This document shows positions 54,165 through 64,000 of a stretch of 64,000 nt of DNA, in pieces. Made by a program: the position numbers and the translations under genes. The notes beneath the pieces are model-generated. The model saw only the letters and a program-made list of their open reading frames with translations, did no database searches and was not told the DNA's origin. The stretch spans positions 744,001 to 808,000 of the forward strand of contig OX597842.1 in assembly GCA_951406725.2 (NCBI GenBank). The letters run 5' to 3'. The stretch's first letter is position 1; every line of letters begins with the position of its first letter. Origin of the DNA: Octopus vulgaris. Its lineage: Eukaryota.

Positions 54165-54572
54165 ATACATGGCACGGGAACCAGTCAGGTGGGACTGACA
54201 TTGACCATGCTCGAATGCTGCTTTTTATATGCCACTGGCATGGAACCAGTCAGGTGGCATTGGACATGACAATGGCTTCACTTGACTCAACAGGTCTTCT
54301 CAAGCGCAGTTTATTGCTCAGTGATTGAAGGGTACTCTTAAATGGGCTGGTTATGCTACACTGGCATAGGCCACGGTTACAGTCTCACTTGGCTTGCTGA
54401 GCCTTCTCAGGCACTGTATATCTCCAAAGGTCTTGGTCGCATGTCATCACCTCCATAAGGCCCTACATTCGTAGGTCATGCTTCACCACCTCAACCCAGG
54501 TCTTCTTGGTCTGCCTCTTCCACAGGTTCCCACTACTGCTAGAGTGTGGCTCTTTTCACACAACTACTGTCA
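54165..54572 (-). mobile_element. RTE LINE ORF C-terminus plus start of 3' UTR
   Basis: With frameshifts reads GTCGRGRP.KTWVEVVKHDLRM*GLMEVMTCDQDLWRYTVPEKAQQAK*, matching the RTE RGRP..W...D....R..W pattern. Confidence 0.8.
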
Positions 54573-54762
54573 GAAGGCCTTAGTCAGCCTGAGGCTACAA
54601 CAGAAGACACTTGCCAAAGGTGCCACACAGTGGGACTGAACCCGGAAGCATGTGGTTGGGAACCAAGCTTCTTACCACACAACCGCTCCTTGTATAATTA
54701 ACAGAGTGAGATTTAAAAAATCCAAGGCTGTAAAAAGTTTTCAGAACATTTATAAAGAGAAG

Positions 54763-54795
54763 GTCTTACAGCTGTTTCTGCCCTTCATCAGAGAC
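54763..54795 (-). ncRNA. Hammerhead motif with palindromic stem III (inverted partner at 55286-55329, plus strand)
   Basis: gtct CTGATGA agggca GAAA cagctg TA agac. The partner retains stem II aggg...ccct. Confidence 0.55.
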
Positions 54796-54824
54796 GGGGC
54801 GAGAAAATGTTTAAGTAATAGTTA

Positions 54825-55233
54825 CTAGCAGTATCGCCCAGCGTTGCTCGGGTTTGTAAGGGAAATAACTATATAAGCATTTTTAGAGAGTTACTTCCCT
54901 TATATAAAACCGAGTAAAAAAATGCATTAAAAATGGAAAAAAATTATGGTAAATTTTTTTTTTAATCGTAGACTCATCGTAGACATTTTTAGAGAGTTAC
55001 TTCCCTTATATAATAGCAAAAAAAATGCATTAAAATTGGAAAAAAATGATGGTAAATTTTTTTTTAAATCGTAGACTCATCGTAGACGCGCGCTAATACC
55101 CAGAAGGGCTCTATATGAATCACGACTATAAGATACCTGCTTTTGGTTAAACTGCACCGCAAAATGTGGGAGTAGTTAGGAATCTAAATCGTAAGAGACA
55201 GACACCACACAACTTCAGTTTTATATATATAGA
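54825..55233 (-). mobile_element. Non-autonomous Helitron
   Basis: 5' TC, 3' CTAG, A|T insertion, subterminal hairpin, and an internal duplication of about 110 bp. Confidence 0.85.
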
Positions 55234-55540
55234 TTACAGAGAAGATATGAAATACAGAGTGAAGTGGAGGAATGAAAACAGGCGTGAGATGAAGGGATAC
55301 ATAAAGTAACCCTGAAACAGCTGTAAGACCCTCCCTTTATAAATGTTGTATAAACTATTCAGTCTTGAATTTTTTTATCTAATTCTGTTAAATTTTTTTA
55401 TATATGCATGCTAATACATGATCTACATTGGATTCTTCCTTTGTATCATTATCGAACCTGGAGCTTAACTATAGTCTGTCCATAGCACTTACTCAGCATT
55501 ACCTGACACATCTGGGTCTTCTTGACACCATTACCTCTCA

Positions 55541-55593
<53 letters not shown>

Positions 55594-55596
<3 letters not shown>

Positions 55597-55970
55597 ATAT
55601 ATAAACGGCAGTTTGTCTGTGTGCGTGTCTGTGTGTCTGTTAGGTTGTACCCTCACCCTGACCACGGCTTTCAACCGATTCTGATGAAACTTGACACACA
55701 CATAGCCCAATGTCATAATTCAAAACTAACGCAGCGAAAATTTTGAAAAGTTCCCCCAGTTCTGAAAATAATCGATAAATTCGACATGGGGTCGAGAATC
55801 AGAAACACAAACCACAGAATGTCTAGGGGACGCAACTCGACCTTTTTAACTAAAAAAAAATTACCATCATTTTTTTTCCATTTTTTTGCTATTTTTTGGC
55901 TATAACTCTCTAAAAATGCTTTATAGTTATTTCCCTTACAAACCCGAGCAACGCCGGGCGATACTGCTAG
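55594..55970 (+). mobile_element. Non-autonomous Helitron
   Basis: Starts tctatatataaa and ends cccgagcaacgccgggcgatactgCTAG followed by T. Confidence 0.88.
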
Positions 55971-56255
55971 TATGTATATATATATGTATATAATATATAT
56001 GAATTAGAGAAAAACCACTATTATGTAATTTAAACAATGATAGACATAAACCATATCATATAGTCAAGTTTTGTAATCTAGATAAATGTTTTATCATATA
56101 TTTTATTTTTTCTTTATGATTTGGTCTATGTCTATCATTGTTTGAATTACATAATAATGGTTTTTATATAATTTATATTATATATTTTTTATTGAGAAAT
56201 TTGATTTAATACGAAATTGAATTTTTCCCTGTAAGTTTGGAGTTATACTCCCTAA

Positions 56256-56295
<40 letters not shown>

Positions 56296-56944
56296 GTATA
56301 TATGTGTGTGTGTGTATGCACATACACACACATAACTATTTAGCAGTGTTACTACATAGGTGTAGGTGTGGGTGTGAGGTAAGAAGCTTGCTTACCAACC
56401 ACGTGGATTTGGGTTCAGTTCCAGTGCATGACCCCTTGAGTGAGTAGCTTCACTCTGTAGTAGCCTCAGGCCAACCAAAACCTCCTGAGTGGATTTAGCA
56501 GATGGAAACTGAAAGAAGCCTGTCATATATACACACACACACACATATATATATGTATAGTTGATATTTACAGAAAAACAAAAGACGAAGACAGGTTTAT
56601 AAACAAGCAGACGTATTAGTTTGATACTCAGCAATATGAGAAAGTTGTATATGTTACGAGCCTATGCTCTTCATCAGAAAGGAACATGAGGAAACAAAGA
56701 GAGAGAGAATAAAAAATTGTGGATTTAGCGGTCATTTACAACAAAATTTTATATAAAGTTACCCAAGTTTTCACGCCAACAAAGCCAAAGCCTATAGATA
56801 GCTTGTCAGACTCTATATGAATGCAAAATTTCAAAATATCTACATCGCAGATATGAAGAAACACACAACTCAAGGAATACAATAATCCCTTGACAATCAT
56901 GGGTGTTAAACTCACAGAAGTGAAAATTCGCAAAGTAGAAACAG

Positions 56945-57282
56945 TAGGAGGAGACCCCCCCTCGGTCATGACTGACCATGGGATTGCACCTAGAAAGTTA
57001 CCCTCTCAGGCACAAGTCCAGGCAAGGTTGTTGTTTATGGAAGACCAGCAGTCATATACCAGCCTCCCCTCTCCACGCTACCCATGTTATCCAAGGGAAA
57101 GGCAAAGGCCGAGACAGGTTGGCACCAGTGACATCACAACTCATTCCTACAGTTGAGTGAACTGGACCAACAGGAAACAAAGTTTCTTGCTCAAGAACAC
57201 AATATGCAGTCCGGTCTGGGAATTGAACTTACAACCTCACGATCATAAGTTCAACGCTCTAACCACTGAGCCATGCACCTTC
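56945..57282 (-). mobile_element. tRNA-headed CORE-like SINE (SINE-B head, different tail)
   Basis: tggctcagtggttagagcg ... agttcaattccc ... tgtgttcttgagcaaga. Confidence 0.78.
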
Positions 57283-57481
57283 CCTGTACCATATATTTTA
57301 TTTTTTTATCTTTATAATTTGTATATATTAATATTATAAACACATTTGTATATATTTATTTTATTATAAACGCAAAACAACACCACAGAGGAATCGATGT
57401 AAGCTTAAATAATAAACCACGGAAGGTGAACTGCCTTAGGGAATACAATAGTTCAAATTTACTGAAAACAATATATATATA

Positions 57482-57888
57482 GGCGCAGAAGTGGCTGTGT
57501 GGTAAGTAACTTGCTTACCAACCACATGGTTCCGGGTTCAGTCCCACTGCATGGCATCTTGGGCAAGTATCTTCTGTTATAGCCCCGGGCCGACCAATGC
57601 CTTGTGAGTGGATTTGGTAGACAGAAACTGAAAGAAGCCCGTCATATATATGTATATATATATGTGTGTGTGTGTGTGTTTGTGTGTCTGTATTTGTCCC
57701 CTAGCATTGCTTGAGAACCGATGCTGGTGTGTTTACGTCTCCATTACTTAGCGGTTCGGCAAAAGAGACCGATAGAATAAGTACTGGGCTTACAAAGAAT
57801 AAGTCCCGGGGTCGATTTGCTCGACTAAAGGCGGTGCTCCAGCATGGCTGCAGTCAAATGACTGAAACAAGTAAAAGAGTAAAAGAGT
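57482..57888 (+). mobile_element. SINE-A full length
   Basis: Complete head, body and tail. Confidence 0.92.
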
Positions 57889-57900
57889 ATATATATATAG

Positions 57901-58208
57901 ATCATCATCATCATCATCATTATTGTTTAATGTCCACTTTTCATGCTAGCCTGGGTTGGACGATTTTGACTGAGGACTGGCGAACCAGATGGCTGCACCA
58001 GACACCAATCTTGATCTGGCAAAGTTTCTACAGCTGGATGCCCTTCCTAACGCCAACCACTCTGAGAGTGTAGTGGGTGCTTTTACATGCCACCGGCACA
58101 GGGGCCAGTCAGGCGGCACTGGCAATGACCTCGCTCGAATCTTTTTACACATGCCACTGGCACAGGTGACAGTAAGGCGGCGTTGGTAACAATCACGCTC
58201 GAATGGTG
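57901..58208 (-). mobile_element. RTE 3' UTR copy without VNTR expansion
   Basis: Same tail as 45590, with only two ggcacagg motifs. Confidence 0.75.
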
Positions 58209-58851
58209 AAATAATATATAAATATATGCATTTATACATACATATATGTACATACCTACATATATATGTATATATACATGCATATCTGGGTACAGGACAT
58301 CAAACAAAAACGTTGAACACAATGAGAAACGAAAACATAAAAACAAAAACATAGAAACAAACTTTTTTCAAACAACAAAAGAAACAAACAGAGAACCGAG
58401 ACATACAACATAAAGAATATTCCCCTTCATTAGTTGTCCCTGTTTCATCTACCCTGCGTTTCGAATATTAGATAATGTAGTCTTAGATACACTATGTCTG
58501 AATAAAATATGGGATGGTCACATTTTGAGCATCTTTGATCATAGGTCTGCAGGATCAGGACTGACCTGGGGCTAAATGACAACAACACAAATACTCCCAC
58601 AATATTATCACAATATGATTTCAATATTACCACCTCTTTTTCTCTTTTCCACCACACTGCTTGCATACTAGCACCCAAACATCAATAATAACAGTATTGC
58701 ACTAGCAACACTACACTACCTCCTTCACTACAGCTTCACCAATACACACACCATCACTACACCACTATGACTACCATCACCACTACCACCAGTGCCACCA
58801 CCACCGCTCCCACATTTGCAATACCATGACAACAATGATGACGACAACCAA

Positions 58852-59295
58852 CATCACCACCAACACTACCACCATCACACCAATGCCACTGTATTTACCT
58901 CCCACTGATCGCCCTTTCCCCCACCACAACCACTACCAATACCACCACCATCACAACTACCATCACCACCAACACTACCACCATCACACCAATGCCACTG
59001 TATTTACCTCCCACTGATCGCCCTTTCCCCCACCACAACCACTACCAATACCACCACCATCACAACTACCATCACCACCAACACTACCACCATCACACCA
59101 ATGCCACTGTATTTACCTCCCACTGATCGCCCTTTCCCCCACCACAACCACTACCAATACCACCACCATCACAACTACCATCACCACCAACACTACCACC
59201 ATCACACCAATGCCACTGTATTTATCCCCCCACTGATCGCCCTTTCCCCCACCACAACCACACCACCACTACCATCACAACTACCATCACCAACA
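58852..59295. repeat. 109 bp tandem repeat, about 4 copies, within a (CAC)n-rich field (58680-59860)
   Basis: aatgccactgtattta at 58882, 58991, 59100 and 59209. Confidence 0.92.
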
Positions 59296-59884
59296 GCACA
59301 ACTACCGCAACCACCATTATTACCATGACAATCACCACCATCATCACCACCATCACACTTCTGTGTCTTTACTACCACTACTACCACCACACTACCACCA
59401 CCACCACCAGCACTACAACCAGCACTATCACTGCCTCCACCACCACCACCACCACCACACTAACACCATTGCTATCATTTCTCTTGACAACCACCACTAC
59501 CGCTACCACCACCACCACCACCACTGCTACCATTGTTACCACTACCACAACCACTACTACCAAACCTCACCCCTCACCCACTTCCTCCATCTGTGTCCAT
59601 TTATAAATATTCAATAATAAGCATTCAGAGAAATTATTCTTAAATCATTATTTATTCACATTTCCTGCTAAGATGAGATAAGCCATCATCATCATCATCA
59701 GCTTCGAAATCACCACCATCATCATCATCATCACTGGTTATAATCATCATCAACCCCACTACCTCCACCACCACCACAACCACCATAATCATCATCACCA
59801 TCACCATCACATCTTCCTCATCATCATCATCACCACTGTTGCCCACATCATGATCATCATGGTTACCATTATAGAAATATAACC

Positions 59885-60430
59885 ACATACATACATAATA
59901 CATGCATATATACATGCATATATATATATACATACATACATGCATATATACATACATACATGCATGCATGCATACATACATACATATATACATACATACA
60001 AGCATGCATGCATACATACATACATATATACATACATACATGCATACATATATACATACATACATGCATACATATATACATACATACATGCATACATATA
60101 TACATAAATACATTCATACATACATACATACATGCATACATACATATATACATACATACATATATACATACACAGACACACATATATACATACACACATA
60201 CATACATATATACATACATAGACATATATACATACATGCATACATACATATATACATACATATATACATACATACACACATACATACATACATATATACA
60301 TACATAGACATATATACATACATGCATACATACATATATATATACATACATAGACACATACATACATACATGCATACATGCATGCATACATACATGTGTA
60401 CATCCATCCATACATACATACATACATACA
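59885..60430. repeat. (TACA)n microsatellite
   Basis: Direct reading. Confidence 0.93.
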
Positions 60431-60431
60431 T

Positions 60432-60720
60432 TTTGCTGATGTGGATGTCTCTTTGAAAATGAAAGAGAGAGAAGGTAACTGTGGACAGCTGTTTCGAAAC
60501 CTCCAGCTTCAATATGCAGATTACAAATTTATATTTATACCAATAATAATTGGAGCATTTGGTTTTTGGTAAATGCTTAAGTATCAGTCTGGATAAACCT
60601 GGACATTCAGAAAAAGAAAACAACCAACTGATTCACACAATACAAAATCAATCTGTAAAAAGAAGGGTAAAAATATGCGAGACTTTTCTCAAGTTTAGCA
60701 TTTGTATTTGCTTGTTATCT
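60432..60720 (+). mobile_element. Decayed RLE-type non-LTR retrotransposon C-terminus
   Basis: ADVDVSLKMKEREGNCGQLFRNLQLQYADYKFIFIPIIIGAFG parallels SLKEMEKLSKYKDL...IIVGALG at 22050-22289. Confidence 0.65.
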
Positions 60721-61069
60721 ACATTCCAATGATGGAGCTTTGTATCGATGTTAGAAATCAGCTCTTTTTTTGAAGGAAAAATTTGAATACAATTGTAGCG
60801 TGGAAGGTGTTTATAAGCCATTTAAGAAACACACAAAAACCGTTAGATTCACTTCAACATTTAAATTTAATCGGCCAAAATATTTTCGTCGCTTTGAGAC
60901 TGCAACCTGTTCACTGACAAAATCTTGGGGGGACTGGGATGTGTAACTCATACCCTAGAAATCAGAAAGCTGATTTGAAGACTACAGATCCAAGCTATCA
61001 CTGGAACTGTAAAGATTTGTAAAACTTTACAGAAGTTTATCATTTAAGTATATATAAGAATATCTAGAT

Positions 61070-61700
61070 GTCGTGTGAGAGTACAACACCCGCTGGTGAG
61101 AATGGACTGAACCACTACACATAAACAGTAGTTGTCTGAGTAAGTGAGGTTGTTCATGGACCTATGGACAACTTCCAGAGATCCCTGGCTTGGCTGTGCT
61201 TCTGAAGTGCCTTGCCAATTCAGGATAAATTTGTGAGGCATGGCATCAAAGTTTTGCCTACGTACCTACGTTGTGGGCAGAGCAACAAAACTGTATTGCA
61301 TGCAGTTGTACAGTGTCCAAGTCTCTCGGACACTGTGGGTTTCTACCGAGTGATTATTGTCACAGCTGGGGAGAGAACAGCTGTCAGCTGAGTCAATTAT
61401 TAAGATTGTTCTGCTGTCTTCTCTAAAAGGAGAAGAGAAATTTTGTATTCTAACTGTAATAGCTATAGTGAAAGAGGTGATATGGAAGACATGTGCAAGA
61501 GGTATTGCATCAGGCACCTTCGTTTCCGGGTATGCTTTGGTTAACCTCTTTTTATATCACTTAAGAGGGAAAGCATGTCTGGAGAAGAAATGCCTCATGT
61601 CAAAAAAGTGCCAAAAAAGCTGGAAGTAGCCTGAATGTTGGGTATGTAAGTATCTAATTAAGCAGGGGAAAAGAAGTCAATGGTTCAATGCAGGAATGTG
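61070..61700 (+). mobile_element. Tx1/L1-like LINE ORF2 C-terminal zinc-binding region, decayed
   Basis: QRSLAWLCF*SALPIQDKFVRHG...RCGQSNKTVLHAVVQC, frameshift, then VIAIVKEVIWKT. Confidence 0.78.
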
Positions 61701-61833
61701 GTTGGTGGGGTCGAACCCATTCCACAGCCATTCATTTTTCCAATATCATCTGAAATTTTAATGTATTTATTCACAGAAATAATACATTTCTAAATCTCTC
61801 AGAGAGATTTATACAGTAGCAGAAGAATAAAGT

Positions 61834-61971
61834 GATGGTATGTTGCCAACTTAATGTGGCAGTCCCATGAAAATGTGTCATGCCAACTGGAAACGGTGTT
61901 TCCTAGGGCTAAATAGCAGTAGTATTCTTCCCTTTCATGGGACTGCCACATTAAGTTGGCAACATACCATC
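61834..61971. repeat. Perfect 39 bp inverted repeat with 60 bp spacer
   Basis: gatggtatgttgccaacttaatgtggcagtcccatgaaa and its exact reverse complement. Confidence 0.92.
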
Positions 61972-62586
61972 GTATTTATTCATATATGTAATATTATGCA
62001 ATAAGTCCCTGACCCCATATGTCCCATGTATTGTCCCCTCTTAGTTTAACCCCTGTGGTTTGAATAAAATCATCGAGCTAGTTCAACAGTTCATGTGTTG
62101 ATTGTTCAAAGTAGGAGTTCAGAATTTTCAGTCGGAGTTAGCATGGTGGGTTGTTGTTATGTTCCATGTGGTTACTATTGTTTCTTTCGATTAAATAGTT
62201 ATTACACTGTTGCAGTGTATTCGTTTATCCACAAGGATATAACACTAGATATGCAACTATATGCATGAGAATACATACACATACACTGACTCCCAAAACT
62301 GCACATATACACACACACATGCAAAAATATCCCGTTGTTGTTAAAATTCCAATAAAGGAGCCTTGGATCTAGGTTAGAAACCGGCTCTTTCTCTATTGGC
62401 AAAAAAAAACTTGAAATAAAACTGAATAATGACAGAGATCCAATCCATCACTGGAACTGTAAAAATCTGTGAAACTTACCAGAAGTTTATCATTTAAGAA
62501 TATATAAGCATGTCTAGATATGTAACTATATACATGGGAATACATACATAAAGCAAAACATACAAATCTGCACATATGCATATTGT

Positions 62587-62864
62587 TGTTTGTTCCTTCT
62601 CGAGCCACGCCTGGCTCATAGGGCCAGTTTCCCGGTTTCCTTGGCGTATAGGTTCCCCATCTGGATAGGACGCCGGTCCATCGCAGGTGAGCTCCAAGAT
62701 GCAGGAAGAAAGAGTGAGCAGAAGTTTTCCTTTACCTTCTGCCAGAGCTGCGTGGAGCTTAGGTGTTTCGTTCATAAACACACACATCGCCCAGTCTGAG
62801 ATTCGAACCAGCAATCCCTCAACCACAAGTCTGCTGCTCTAACCACTAGGCCATGTGACTCCAC
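62587..62864 (-). mobile_element. tRNA-headed SINE (D-like head, B-like tail)
   Basis: tggcctagtggttagagcag ... ggttcgaatc ... gcgatggaccggcgtcc ... gaaaccgggaaactggccc. Confidence 0.8.
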
Positions 62865-62869
62865 ATATA

Positions 62870-63268
62870 CTCTTTACTCTTTTACTCTTTTACTTGTTTC
62901 AGTCATTTGACTGCGGCCATGCTGGAGCACAGCCTTTAATCGAGCAAATCGACCCAAGGACTTATTCTTTGTAAGCCCAGTACTTATTCTATCGGTCTCT
63001 TTTGCCGAACCGCTAAGTGACGGGGAAATAAACACACCAGCATCGGTTGTCAAGCAATGCTAGGGGGACAAACACAGACACACAAACACACACACACATA
63101 TATACGACGGGCTTCTTTCAGTTTCCGTCTACCAAATCCACTCACAAGGCTCTGGTTTGCCCGAGGCTATAGTAGAAGATACTTGCCCAAGGTGCCACGT
63201 AGTGGGACTGAACCCGGAACCATGTGGTTGGTAAACAAGCTACTTACCACACAGCCACTCCTGCGCCT
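62870..63268 (-). mobile_element. SINE-A full length
   Basis: Complete consensus match. Confidence 0.92.
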
Positions 63269-64000
63269 AAATACATATATACATACAAAAATACCCTGTT
63301 TATATTGTTGAAATTCCAAAGAAGGAACCTTGAATCTTGGTTAGAAACTGATTCTTCCTCTCTTGTCAAGAAGTCTTGAAATACATACAGAAATCACTTT
63401 GTTCAATGTATTAAATTTTTCTCTCTGATGATGGCCAGTAGCACAATCAAAACAAAATTTTCACTAAACATTCCTATTACTTTTTACTCCCAGCGTATAG
63501 TAACTATACAGAAGTGTTTATATAACTAATAAATATTTTTTTTTTCCAGAAATATTATACATTTGTCACTAAAGCAACAAAAAAGAAATCTCTCATTTTT
63601 TTTTTACTGCAAAGTGTTGCGTCTTTGCATCGACATCATTAATCTTAGCATGTGGTAGCTGAAACATAGCTTCCCTGAACACAGGGAAACTGACAAGCTG
63701 TCTTCGGCAATCTGATTGGCCGACCATCGACGACGCTGCTCAAACTGTCTCCACTTGTGTATTTAACAAACAAGATATATGTGTGCAGCAACACAGACAC
63801 ACACATGCACACAAACACACACATATAAACACACACATACACACAAAACACACACACATATAAACTACACACGCACACACACACACATAAACTACATACA
63901 CACACATAAACACGCACACATATAAACTACACACACACACACATATATAAACACACACACACACACACATATAAATACACGCACATATAAACTACAGCCA

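Noticed and set aside
63424-63455. CTGATGA hammerhead-like start
   Set aside because: No paired stem II or GAAA follows.

Overview
Eukaryotic, extremely repeat-rich DNA, most likely a coleoid cephalopod (Octopus-type SINE/LINE landscape; this assignment is inference). I found no intact host protein-coding gene. Almost all listed ORFs are microsatellite or SINE artefacts. The window is a mosaic of: (TA)/(CA)/(TAA)/(GA) microsatellites and minisatellites; 25+ copies of tRNA-headed SINEs; decayed LINEs of four groups (CR1/L2-like, RTE, R4/Dong-like RLE, Tx1/L1-like); mariner, pogo and hAT-type DNA elements; and non-autonomous Helitrons. Three results stand out. (1) About a dozen minimal type-I hammerhead ribozyme motifs from several unrelated short repeat families, many in foldback or palindromic arrangements typical of Penelope-like elements and retrozymes. 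(2) A LINE whose 3' stem-loop and tail match the dominant SINE, with compensatory base changes. (3) An RTE LINE 3' UTR that repeatedly spawns VNTRs. A few unique, motif-rich islands may be enhancers or non-coding exons. All calls were read by eye; no database searches were run.
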